Of a DNA stretch of 29,409 nt, positions 15,665 through 26,118 are shown in pieces (the stretch's first letter is position 1; each line of letters starts with the position of its first letter). This DNA comes from Candidatus Eiseniibacteriota bacterium. GTDB lineage: Bacteria; ARS69. The notes under the pieces are model-generated. The model had not been told where the DNA came from and did not search any database. It worked only from the letters and a program-made list of their open reading frames with translations. The stretch spans positions 1-29,409 of the forward strand of contig JBQTGV010000120.1 of assembly GCA_052390515.1 (NCBI GenBank), written 5' to 3'. Both the position numbers and the translations under genes were made by a program.

Positions 15665-17002
15665 CTACTCCCTAGCCAGCTCGAACGCTGCGAGCCCCTT
15701 CGCCGCGGGGCCGCAGGCGGGACGGGACGACTCCAGACCCGGCAGCAGCTCCAGCGCAACGAAGGTCAGCGCACCGTCGTCCACCTGGAGCGCGGTCCGG
15801 GCCAGGAAGAGGACGGTTCGCGCGGCGTCGTCCCCGGGATCGGCGGTCTCGTGGACGCTCCGGGCGGCCTCCGTCCGGGCCAGCAGCCGCCCTCCCGTGG
15901 CCACGAAGCGCTGCCGGATCGTTCGCGCGATCTGGTGGGCCTTCGCCCGGTCGTCCGGGGAGTCCGAGGCCAGCAGGGCCATGCCCCACTCGGTCCAGTC
16001 CTCGAGGTGCGCTTCGCCCCGGTCCGGACGGGAGCGCCAGCGGCAGAGCCCCATGTCATCGGTGAACGAGCCGGGGATGGCGCGCAGTGCGCGTTCCCCG
16101 ATGCGCACCCAGGGCCTCTCCCCCCACAGCTTCCCCGCCGCGACGAGCGCGGCGGCCGCGCGCGCGTTACCGCCGAGGAACGGCGTCGGGTCGTCGAGGC
16201 CGGCGGCGAAGAGCGCCGTGTCGGGATCGAGCAGCTCGTCGATCAGGAACTCGACCGTGCGCGTGGCCTCGGCGTGGTGCCGCTCGGCGCTGGCCGGCGA
16301 GACCTGCGCGTCGGCCACGAGCACCTCGAGACGAGTCGTCCGGAACGCGAGCGTGGACGGCGGCGGCGCGCACGCGGTCACGCCCGACGAGTCGGCGCGT
16401 TCCGGGTCCGCCGCGGCCGCGGCAGCCAGCCCCGGCGCGAACGTGGCGGGATCGGAGCGGGCCACGCGGATCAGGAAGTCCGTCTCGACCGCTGTGAGGC
16501 GCTGCGCCTCGGCCACACCGAGCAGGTGCCGGCGCCCGCGCGCCAGCATCTCCGCGGCAGTGGAGCGCGGGCGGGTCCCGGGCTTCGCCGGCAGGAGCGG
16601 CTCTCCGCGCCGGACCTCCGCGCCGAGGCGTGAGAGAGTCCGCGCGAGCTCCGCCGGATCGAGCACGCCGGCGCGCTCGAGCTCCCGCCCCGAGGAATCC
16701 AGGAAGAGCAGAGTGGGCAGGCCCTCGTGTCCGCGCGCATGGAACAGTCGGTGCAGGTCCGGCCGCCGCTCGACGTCCACGTGCACGACGAGCCAGCCCT
16801 CGATGGCCAGTGCGACGAGCGGATCGGCGAGCACGTCGCCGTCGAGAATGTCCTCGTCCTCGCACCACGAGGCGGTGAGCTGCACCAGGATCCGCTCGGA
16901 GCTGTTCGCGGTGCGGTCCAGCGCGTCCTCCCAGGCGAGCTCGCCGGCGAGCGCGGGAGCACACCCGGCGGCGAGCGCGACGACGACCGCGCGCAGGATC
17001 AT
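15665..17002 (-). CDS. Exported YyaL/DUF255-like protein (thioredoxin-like domain + partial helical barrel)
   Basis: Signal peptide; ASWCEDE, VHVDVERRPDL, GLPTLLFLDSSG, HLEDW; ATGA overlap with the upstream gene. Confidence 0.65.
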   Translation of the reverse strand: MILRAVVVALAAGCAPALAGELAWEDALDRTANSSERILVQLTASWCEDEDILDGDVLADPLVALAIEGWLVVHVDVERRPDLHRLFHARGHEGLPTLLFLDSSGRELERAGVLDPAELARTLSRLGAEVRRGEPLLPAKPGTRPRSTAAEMLARGRRHLLGVAEAQRLTAVETDFLIRVARSDPATFAPGLAAAAAADPERADSSGVTACAPPPSTLAFRTTRLEVLVADAQVSPASAERHHAEATRTVEFLIDELLDPDTALFAAGLDDPTPFLGGNARAAAALVAAGKLWGERPWVRIGERALRAIPGSFTDDMGLCRWRSRPDRGEAHLEDWTEWGMALLASDSPDDRAKAHQIARTIRQRFVATGGRLLARTEAARSVHETADPGDDAARTVLFLARTALQVDDGALTFVALELLPGLESSRPACGPAAKGLAAFELARE

Positions 17003-18552
17003 CGCGCCGCTCCGATCCGCGCCTGGATCCGCGCGAGGTTGGCCTTCGCCCTGGGGTCCCCGGGCTCCAGTTCGAGCGCGCGGCGGAACGCGGCTTCGGC
17101 CTCGTCGAGGCGGCCGAGTCCGGCCAGCGCGATCCCCAGGTTCCCGTGCGCGTCCGGGTAGCTCGGATCGATGCGCAGGGTCTCCTCCAGGTGTGGGACC
17201 GCCTCGGCGAAGAGCCCTCGGGTGGCCAGCGCCGTCCCCAGGTTGTAGCGGACCTTCGCCGAGCGTGGATCCCGCGCGGCGGCCTCCTCGAACGCGGCGA
17301 TCGCGTCGTCGATCCGCCCCGGCTTCGCCACCAGGCCCGCTCCCAGGTTGAACCAGCCGTCGGTCGCCGCGGGATTGCGGGTCACGACGTGCCGGAAGAA
17401 GCGCTCGTCGTCCTGCCAGATGCTTGCGTGCCGGAAGGTCAGCGCGCCGAGCACGACGAGCACGAGAACTCCGGGAAGCCGCGCGCGCCGGCCGAGCCGC
17501 GCCGCTCCCGCCGCGACGAGGAGGCAGGGGCCCGCGCTCGCCAGGTACTGGAACCGGTCGGCCACGAACGAGTAGCGCATCCACCCGAAGTCCACGAACC
17601 CTGACATCGGCGAAAGCGTCACGAGAAAGAAGAGCAGGGCGGCCAGCGGACCCCTTCCGATCCGGCGGCGGAGGGCGAAGAGGGCGAGCGCGCCGGCGAT
17701 CAGCACGACGGCGGCCGCCCAGGACGCCGCTTCTCCCGGGCCCCACCTCGGGTAGACCGGCATGAGCGGCTCGGGCCAGGCGAGCTTCGCCGCGTAGAAG
17801 GCCGCCGCGCGGGAGGCCACGAGACCGCGGTCGACGACGGACAGCCCGAAGTCCGACGGGGCGACGCGCGCCGCCCGCGTCACGTCGAACACCGCCAGCA
17901 GAGCGAGCACGACGGCGTGCGGCAGCAGCGCGACGAGGTCACGGCGGCGGACGACTCCGTGCTTCAGCCACACGGCGATCCCCATGGCGATGGGGAAGGT
18001 GACGGCGACCGACTTGGACAGCATGCCGGCCGTCACCAGCACGAGGGACAGCGCCCATCGGCCGCGGCCGCTCCCTTCGCGGAAACGCAGGAACGAATCC
18101 GCCGCCGCGAGAACCAGGAACGCCGAGAGAAGGTCCTTGCGCTCGATGATCCACGCGACGGACTCGACGTGCACGGGATGCAGGGCGAAGATCCACGTGG
18201 CCGCGGCGGCGCGCAGCCCGAGCCGCGCGGCGAGCCTGCCCAGCAGGAGTGCGTTCGCGACGTGCAGCAGCACGTTCACGAGGTGCATCCCGGCCGGATC
18301 GAACCCGCCGCGGATCATGCGCTCGAGCCAGAACGTCGTGTAGACGAGGGGCCAGTAGTGGTCCTCGTGCCCGTCGAGCGAGGACGGCTCGAGCCAGATC
18401 CGGCGCAGGCCGTCCGCTTCGCCCAAGACCTCCGCGTCGAGCAGGACGCGGTCGTCCCACACGAATCCGCCTCGGAGTGCAGGCCAGTAAGCCACCAGCG
18501 TGATCAGCGCGACGCCGGCGGCGAGGGGGACCCGCACGAAGGCCGCCGTCAG
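16999..18552 (-). CDS. TMTC-like GT-C membrane glycosyltransferase with C-terminal TPR repeats
   Basis: GFVWDD, YWPL, HPVHVESVAWIIERKD, ADRFQYL, then TPRs; start CTG 18552 or GTG 18537. Confidence 0.85.
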   Translation of the reverse strand: MTAAFVRVPLAAGVALITLVAYWPALRGGFVWDDRVLLDAEVLGEADGLRRIWLEPSSLDGHEDHYWPLVYTTFWLERMIRGGFDPAGMHLVNVLLHVANALLLGRLAARLGLRAAAATWIFALHPVHVESVAWIIERKDLLSAFLVLAAADSFLRFREGSGRGRWALSLVLVTAGMLSKSVAVTFPIAMGIAVWLKHGVVRRRDLVALLPHAVVLALLAVFDVTRAARVAPSDFGLSVVDRGLVASRAAAFYAAKLAWPEPLMPVYPRWGPGEAASWAAAVVLIAGALALFALRRRIGRGPLAALLFFLVTLSPMSGFVDFGWMRYSFVADRFQYLASAGPCLLVAAGAARLGRRARLPGVLVLVVLGALTFRHASIWQDDERFFRHVVTRNPAATDGWFNLGAGLVAKPGRIDDAIAAFEEAAARDPRSAKVRYNLGTALATRGLFAEAVPHLEETLRIDPSYPDAHGNLGIALAGLGRLDEAEAAFRRALELEPGDPRAKANLARIQARIGAAR

Positions 18553-20149
18553 TTCGTCACGCTGTCCACGATCACGATCAGCGTGCCGATCTGAGCCAGG
18601 AAGACGGCGGTCTCTCGGGTGATCTTCCACCAGTCGCGGTCCTGGCTCTCGGGCACCCAGACCAGGTCGCCGGGGTCCACCGCCGTTCCGCCGCCGGCGC
18701 GGACGTGCTCGCCGGTGCGGGCGCGGATGATCTGCGTCTTTCCGGTGCGCGCCCGATCGGTCTTGCCGCCGGCCAGCTCCAGGTAATCCCGCGCATCGCG
18801 CCCGGGCGCCCAGGGCACGAACCCGGGGTTGCGCACGGCGCCCTGCACGTCCACGGCGAGATTCTGCGCCGGCACGGAGATGCGGTCCCCGGCGCGAAGC
18901 ACGAGGTCCTCTCCCCGTTCCTTGCCGATGAGCGCTTCGGCGAGCACCGACGACGCCAGTCCCTCGCGCTGGCGCGAGCGCAGCTTCAGGTACTCGAACT
19001 CGTCGTCGGTCATCTCCTGGATGGGGATGGCCTGCAGACGGCGGAACTCGGGATCGTCCTGCGGCTTGTCGAAGACGTTCGGGCGGTACACCTGCGTCCC
19101 CGAGGGATCGGCGTCCTCGTTGAGGCCGCCCGCGCGCGCGATCAGCTCGCGCAGCGTCTCGCCCTCCTCCTCGATCGCGTAGAGCCCCGGATAGCGCACT
19201 TCGCCGATCAACTCGACGAGCTGCACCCTCCGCCAGTCGGGCTTGGTGCGGATGTACACGCCGTCGTCGGCCTGCGCGGGGATGGCGCCTTCGCCCGCGG
19301 ACACGTCGAGGGTCATCTTGGTCAGCGCGCCCGCCTCCTGTCCGTCGAAGCGGCGAAGCTCCACCGCTTCGGTGTCCGCTCCCGAGTCGAATCCGCCGGC
19401 CAGCTCCACCAGGTCGTCGATCGTGTCCCCGGCGTGGAGCTCGTAGAACCCGGGCCGCGGCACGCGGCCGAACACGAAGACGGAATCCCGCTGGGCCGGG
19501 ACGACGAGGACATCGCCGTCCTCCAGCCATGGGTTCGCCCCGAGATCGCCGAGCAGCCGGTAGCGCACGAGGTCGACGGGCACCGCCGCGCCGCTCTTGC
19601 GGCGCAGCGTCAGGTTACGGAGGCTGGCTCGGGGCGCCAGCTCGGCGCGCGTGTCGAGCAGGTCGGAAGCGCGCTCGGTGGCGGTGACCGCGAAGGAACC
19701 AGGCGCCGCGACCTGCCCGAGCAGATGCACGCGGAAGGTGCGCACCTCGACGACGTCGACGGAGATGCGCGTGCCTTCGTAGAAGCGGGACAGCACGTCC
19801 TTGAGCTTCGTCTCGGCGCCGGCCAAGGTGAGCCCGGCCACGTCCACCGGACCCGCGGCGGCGAGCTGCACGCGGCCGGACGGCGACACGCGCAGCCGCT
19901 CCGCCGGCTGCGATGACCCGGTGTAGGCGATTTCCAGGAGATCGCCGGGGCCGAGGACGTAGGCCGCGCGATCGACCGCGCCTTCCAGCGTGGCACCCTC
20001 CGGGGCCGTGACCGGCGCTCCGACGGCCGCCCGGGCGCGTGCCGCGAGCTCTTCCGTCGTCCGCCCCGCGGCAGGCTGAGCCGCCGCCGGCCCCGCGAGG
20101 AGGCTCAGCACCGCGCCCGCTAACGCGGCCGACGCGCGCGCGAGGCGGA

Positions 20150-20153
<4 letters not shown>
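18549..20153 (-). CDS. Polysaccharide export protein with multiple SLBB domains (Wza/KpsD-like)
   Basis: YVLGPGD, GQVAAPG, GRVPRPG, GEVRYPG, GAVRNPG, LAGG repeats; signal peptide ending AAAQ; inferred CTG start. Confidence 0.88.
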
Positions 20154-21082
<929 letters not shown>

Positions 21083-21089
21083 GGCGCGG

Positions 21090-21095
21090 AGCATA
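21090..21095 (-). promoter_or_regulatory. Putative -10 box for a leaderless uxs transcript
   Basis: TATGCT 7 nt before the ATG; no SD. Confidence 0.45.
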
Positions 21096-21205
21096 GCGGG
21101 GTTCCGCCGGGCGGGCAAGAACGTCGGGACGCAGGGAGCCGGAGGCGCTACATTGGAGCGGCGCTGCGTCGGCACGCGCCGACGCTCCTCCGGAGGTCCG
21201 CAGGG

Positions 21206-21655
21206 ATGGCGATCCACGAGAACGTGACCCGCGCGCTCACCGAAGCGATGCGTGCCAAGAACTCCGCGCGAACGAACGCGCTCCGCAACATTCGCGCGGC
21301 TCTCCTGACGGAGATGAAGAAGGACAACTCCGAGTCGGTGGCCGACGAGGTCTGCGTGCAGCTCCTGCGCCGACTCGAGAAGCAGCGCCGGGAGAGCATC
21401 GAGGCGTTCGAGGCGGCGGGGCGGACCGAGCAGGTCAAGGCCGAGCGCGCCGAGCTGGACGTGATCGGGGAGTTCCTGCCGCGGCTCGCCGACGAGGCCG
21501 CGACCCGGACTTGGCTCGAGGCCGCCATCCGGGAATCGGGCGCGAAGGCGCCGGCCGACGCGGGCAAGGTGATGGCCGCCCTGATGAAGGTGCACAAGGG
21601 CGAGGTGGACGGCGCGCTGGCGAAGCGGCTGCTCGGAGAACTGCTCAAGGGCTAG
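21206..21655 (+). CDS. yqeY: GatB/YqeY domain protein
   Basis: [43 protein letters not shown]. Confidence 0.93.
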   Translation: MAIHENVTRALTEAMRAKNSARTNALRNIRAALLTEMKKDNSESVADEVCVQLLRRLEKQRRESIEAFEAAGRTEQVKAERAELDVIGEFLPRLADEAATRTWLEAAIRESGAKAPADAGKVMAALMKVHKGEVDGALAKRLLGELLKG

Positions 21656-21661
21656 GGGTTT

Positions 21662-21718
21662 GCGTCACGAAAGAAACGCTCAGATGGCCTCGCCATCTGA
21701 TCGTTTCTTTCGAGACGC
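21662..21718. repeat. 57-bp palindrome, copy 1 (REP-like / bidirectional terminator candidate)
   Basis: 27-bp arms with 2 mismatches around a CTC loop, between convergent yqeY and msrC. Confidence 0.85.
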
Positions 21719-21722
21719 TACT

Positions 21723-22208
21723 CTAAGCGCCGAACCGCTGTCCGAGCCGCCCACACAGCGTTTCGAGGGCTTCACGGTCGTCGTCGCGGAAGTCCGCAGG
21801 GCGGTTCGAGTCCACGTCCAGCACCGCGAGCACGGTGCCGTCCGGGCGAAGCACCGGCACGACGATCTCCGACAGGGACCTCTCGTCGCAGGCGATGTGG
21901 CCGGGGAACTCCCGCACGTCGTCGACGACGACGGTGCGCCGGGTGGCCGCAGCCGCGCCGCAGACCCCCTTCCCGAATGCGATGCGCAGGCAGCCGTGGG
22001 TGCCCTGGTACGGACCGATCACTAGAAGGGCCTCGCCCACGGCGCGGTAGAACCCGACCCAGTCGTAGTGGTCCAGCCCCTGCTTGAGCTCGCAGACCAC
22101 GGTGGCCATCGCCGCGATCCAGTCCGTCTCGCCCTCCAAGAGCAGATCGATCCGCTCGAGCACCTCCTGGTAGGCCGCGGCGCGGGCGGAACGCTGTCGG
22201 GTCGACAT
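21723..22208 (-). CDS. msrC: GAF-domain free methionine-R-sulfoxide reductase
   Basis: DWVGFY, GPYQG..GC, GKGVCG, HIACD, SEIVVP, VLDVDS; three Cys present. Confidence 0.88.
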   Translation of the reverse strand: MSTRQRSARAAAYQEVLERIDLLLEGETDWIAAMATVVCELKQGLDHYDWVGFYRAVGEALLVIGPYQGTHGCLRIAFGKGVCGAAAATRRTVVVDDVREFPGHIACDERSLSEIVVPVLRPDGTVLAVLDVDSNRPADFRDDDREALETLCGRLGQRFGA

Positions 22209-22214
22209 GGGTTC

Positions 22215-22220
22215 ATCATA
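22215..22220 (-). promoter_or_regulatory. Putative -10 box for a leaderless msrC transcript
   Basis: TATGAT 6 nt before the ATG; no SD. Confidence 0.45.
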
Positions 22221-22286
22221 CCGGATACCGGAGCCGCCGTTCAAAGTCGCACCGGACCCTGCCGATGCGGAGATCAGGAGGACGCC

Positions 22287-24224
22287 ATGGATCGACCCGC
22301 ACCCTCCGGTCACGACGAGGCCCGCGAGCTCGCCGAGGATTCCCGCCAGCCGGAGTGGACGTCGAGGAGCTTCGCCGCGGATCTCTTCCTCGGCCGATTC
22401 CGGCCCGAGCTCGTCGTCCCGTTCCCGGAGCAGGATCCCGCGGACCGCCGCGAAGGCGACGCGTTCCTCGCCGAGCTGGACCGCTTCCTCAGGGAGCGCG
22501 TGGATCCGGAGGCGAACGACCGCGAGGGCCGTATGCCGGAGAGCGTGATCCGGGGGCTCGTCGAGCTCGGCGCCTTCTCGATGAAGATCCCGAGGGAGTA
22601 CGGCGGTCTCGGCTTCAGCCAGCTGAACTACAACCGCGCGGTCGCGATGATCGCCAGCCGCTGCGCGTCCACCGCGGTCTGGGTCTCCGCGCACCAGTCC
22701 ATCGGCGTGCCGCAGCCGCTGAAGCTGTTCGGGACGAGCGAGCAGAAGAAGAAGTGGCTGCCGAAGCTCGCCGCCGGCGCCATCTCCGGCTTCGCCCTGA
22801 CCGAGCCCGAGGTGGGCAGCGATCCGGCGAAGATGTCCACCACCGCCGTGCTCTCCGAGGACGGCCGCGAGTGGATCCTGAACGGCGAGAAGCTGTGGTG
22901 CACGAACGGACTCGCCGCCGACATCCTCATCGTGATGGCGCGCACGCCGTCGAAGACGGTGAACGGCCGCGAGAAGAAGCGGATCTCCGCCTTCATCGTC
23001 GAGACGGACACCCCGGGCTTCGAGATCCTGCACCGATGCCAGTTCGTCGGACTTCGAGCCATCGCCAACGGGCTGATCCGCTTCCGGGACGTGCGCGTGC
23101 CGGCGGAGAACCTGCTCGGCGGCGAAGGGCGAGGCCTCAAGATCGCGCTGGTGACGCTGAACACCGGACGGCTGACTCTCCCCGCGGCGTGCGCCGGAAC
23201 GGCGAAGCAGTGCCTCTCGATCGCGCGGCGCTGGGCGGCGGTGCGCAGCCAGTGGGGCCGCCCTGTCGGGCAGCACGAGGCGGTCGGCGCGAAGCTCGCC
23301 TGGATGGCCGCGACCACGTTCGCCATGGAGGCGGTCTCGGACTACGCCTCCGGACTCTCGGTGCAGGAAGGTCGGGAGATCCGACTCGAGGCGGCATTGG
23401 CGAAGCTGTTCTGCTCGGAGGCGGCGGAGGCGGTGGCCGACGCGACGCTGCAGATCCGCGGCGGCCGCGGGTACGAGAACGAGAAGTCGCTGGCCGAGCG
23501 CGGCGAGATCCCGTTCCCGGTCGAGCGCATCTGGCGCGACTGCCGCATCAACACGATCGTCGAGGGCACATCCGACATCATGCGGCTCTTCATCGCGCGG
23601 GAGGCGCTGGATCCGCACCTGGGCAAGGCCGGCGCGCTGCTCGACGCGCGCAGCACCCTGGCCGCCAAGGCCGGCGCGGCGCTGCGCTCCGCGGCCTGGT
23701 ATCCGGGGTGGTACCTGTCCCTCTGGATGCCGTGGGCGCCCGCCGTCCCGTCCGTCGTTCCCGCCGAGCTCCGCGGCCATGTCGCCTTCGTCGGCCGCGC
23801 GGCCCGGCGGCTCGCGCGTTCGCTCTTCCACGCGATGGTAACGGTCGGTCCCGCGCTCGAGCGGCGCCAGGCGCTGCTGGGCCGCTTCGTCGACGTCGGC
23901 ACGGAGCTGCTGGCCATGTCCGCCACCGTGTCCCGCGCCGCCTCGCGCGTGCAGGCCGAGCCCGGCGACAAGAGCCCGGTGGAGCTCGCCGACCTGTTCT
24001 GCCGGTCCGCGCGCCGGCGCATCGACCGCTCCTTCCGCGCCGTCCGGAGCCACGACGACAAGCCCGCGCGCGCCGTCGCCACGGGCGTCCTGGACGGCCG
24101 CTACGCGTGGCTCGAGGAAGGCATCCTCCCGGCGGCGCCCGGGGCAGCGCCGGCCCCGGCTCGCGGCGACCGGCCCGAGTCCGGCATGCGCCCGCGGGCC
24201 GCCGAGACGATCGCGTCGTCCTGA
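22287..24224 (+). CDS. Acyl-CoA dehydrogenase, long ACAD9/VLCAD-like form
   Basis: AHQSIG, FALTEPEVGSD, GEKLWCTNG, LNTGRL, QIRGGRGY, RINTIVEGT; AGGAGG RBS. Confidence 0.95.
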   Translation: MDRPAPSGHDEARELAEDSRQPEWTSRSFAADLFLGRFRPELVVPFPEQDPADRREGDAFLAELDRFLRERVDPEANDREGRMPESVIRGLVELGAFSMKIPREYGGLGFSQLNYNRAVAMIASRCASTAVWVSAHQSIGVPQPLKLFGTSEQKKKWLPKLAAGAISGFALTEPEVGSDPAKMSTTAVLSEDGREWILNGEKLWCTNGLAADILIVMARTPSKTVNGREKKRISAFIVETDTPGFEILHRCQFVGLRAIANGLIRFRDVRVPAENLLGGEGRGLKIALVTLNTGRLTLPAACAGTAKQCLSIARRWAAVRSQWGRPVGQHEAVGAKLAWMAATTFAMEAVSDYASGLSVQEGREIRLEAALAKLFCSEAAEAVADATLQIRGGRGYENEKSLAERGEIPFPVERIWRDCRINTIVEGTSDIMRLFIAREALDPHLGKAGALLDARSTLAAKAGAALRSAAWYPGWYLSLWMPWAPAVPSVVPAELRGHVAFVGRAARRLARSLFHAMVTVGPALERRQALLGRFVDVGTELLAMSATVSRAASRVQAEPGDKSPVELADLFCRSARRRIDRSFRAVRSHDDKPARAVATGVLDGRYAWLEEGILPAAPGAAPAPARGDRPESGMRPRAAETIASS

Positions 24225-24306
24225 CCGAGCGCCGGCAGAACGCACCCGTCGCGCGCGCCGCCGCCCTGCGGTAAGATTCCCGGCCCGCGTTTCCCCCGGA
24301 GCACCC

Positions 24307-25086
24307 TTGATCTACGTCGTCCTCGGAATGCACAAGTCCGGCACGACGCTCGTGTCCCAGATCCTGCACCACTCCGGGATCAGCATGGGCGAGATCGACA
24401 CGCAGTGGGACTACGACTCCGCCAACAAGTACGAGGACCAGGAGTTCCTGCACCTCAACATGGAGCTGATCCAGGCGCCCGACTACGAGGTGCTGTACGT
24501 CCCGCCGCCGGAGAACCTCACCGCCACCCCCGAGCAGCGCCAGCGGATGCGTCGCCTCATCGCGGAGCGTTCGGCGCGGCACGCCGACTGGGGCTTCAAG
24601 GATCCGCGCACGACCCTGGCGTATCCGCTGTGGGCCGAGGAGCTTCCCGAGCACCGCATCATCGCGGTGTGGCGTCCGCCGGAGGAGATCTGGCCGCGGT
24701 TCGCCGCGCCCGGCCCCCCGCTCTGGCACGAGGAGCCGAAGCGGGCCTGGAACTTCGTGCTCCGCTGGTGCGAGCACAACCGGCTGATGGCCGACTCCCT
24801 GCGGGCGACGAGCCGGGACTACTTCCTGATGAACTACGGCGACTTCATGGCCGGCGACGGCGCGCTCCGCCGCCTGGAGGAGTTCGTGGGCAGGCCGCTC
24901 GATGATCAGCGCCGCAAGGATCTGTACCGCGGCAGGCGCAAACGCCATCCGTCGTACGAGATCGCCAAGCAGCTCGTAAAGTGGCGGACGGGAAACGACC
25001 CGGACACGGTGGAGAAGGAGCTGCGGGCGCTGCCGCCGGTGCGATCGGCCCGGTCCGCCGGCGCCGCATCTCCGAAGGAATCGTGA
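24307..25086 (+). CDS. Sulfotransferase-family P-loop protein
   Basis: VLGMHKSGTT, WGFKDPR, W..HN; TTG start with GGAG RBS. Confidence 0.8.
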   Translation: MIYVVLGMHKSGTTLVSQILHHSGISMGEIDTQWDYDSANKYEDQEFLHLNMELIQAPDYEVLYVPPPENLTATPEQRQRMRRLIAERSARHADWGFKDPRTTLAYPLWAEELPEHRIIAVWRPPEEIWPRFAAPGPPLWHEEPKRAWNFVLRWCEHNRLMADSLRATSRDYFLMNYGDFMAGDGALRRLEEFVGRPLDDQRRKDLYRGRRKRHPSYEIAKQLVKWRTGNDPDTVEKELRALPPVRSARSAGAASPKES

Positions 25087-25095
25087 CGCGGCCGC

Positions 25096-26118
25096 TCAGC
25101 CCCGCGTGATCTCCGCGTACTGCTTCCGGTAGTACTCCAGGAACTCGCCGGACTTGATCTTGCGCCACCACGCCTCGTTCTCGACGTACCAGCGCACTGT
25201 CTCCTCGATGCCTTGCTCGAACGTGGTGTAGCGCAGCTTCCATCCGAGGCGTTCGCGCAGCTTCCGCGCGCTGAGCCAGTAGCGCCGGTCGTGTCCCTGC
25301 CGGTCGGTCACGTGGCGGATGAGGTCCTTCGGCTTGTGGAGCGCCGAGAGGATCCGGTCGGTGATGGTCAGGACGTCGAGCGCGTTCTCCGCCGCCACGT
25401 TGAAGACCTCGCCGTCGACGGCGCCGGCATCCGCGTACAGGATGAGGCGAAGCGCCTCCGCGTGATCCAGCACGTGGATCCAGTCGCGAATGTTCTCGCC
25501 GCTCCCGTACACCGGGAGCGGCTGGTCGTCGATGGCGTTGGTGGCGAAGAGCGGGATGAGCTTCTCGGGGTACTGGTACGGTCCGTAGTTGTTCGTTCAG
25601 CGGGTGACGACGACCGGGAAGCCGTACGTGGCCCAGTAGGACCAGGCCAGGCGGTCGCCGCCGGCCTTGGACGCCGCGTACGGATTCCGCGGCATGAGCG
25701 TGGACTCCTCGTCCGCGGCCGACTCGAGCCGTTCGCCGTAGACCTCGTCGGTGGAGATCTGGATGAAACGGCGCACGCCGAGGTCCTTCGCCGCCTCCAG
25801 CAGCACGTACACGCCAAACATGTCGGTCTGCACGAACTGTCCCGGGTTCTCGATCGAGCGGTCCACGTGGGACTCGGCGGCGAAGTTGAGCACCACGTCG
25901 CAGCCGCGCATGGCCGCCCGCGCCTTCTCGTCGTCGCAGATGTCGCCCTTGACGAACGTGTAGCGCCGGCTCTTCGCCACGTCGGCCAGGTTCTCCGGAT
26001 TCCCGGCGTAGGTCAGCTTGTCGAGGACGACGACCTCAAGCGAGGGATCCGCGTTCATCACGTGGCGCACGAAGTTCGAGCCGATGAACCCCGCGCCGCC
26101 GGTGACGAGGATCCTCAA
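25096..26118 (-). CDS. rmlB: dTDP-glucose 4,6-dehydratase interrupted by one in-frame TGA (recoded, pseudogene or sequence error)
   Basis: The two tracked ORFs share a frame; GGAGFIGSN, AAESHVDRS, STDEVYG, YAASK, TR*TNNYGPYQYPEK, RDWIHV.DH, DRQGHDRRY. Confidence 0.92.

Noticed and set aside
25096-26118. Frameshift in rmlB or genome-wide UGA reassignment
   Set aside because: Both halves are in the same frame, and TGA ends many other genes at their expected C-termini
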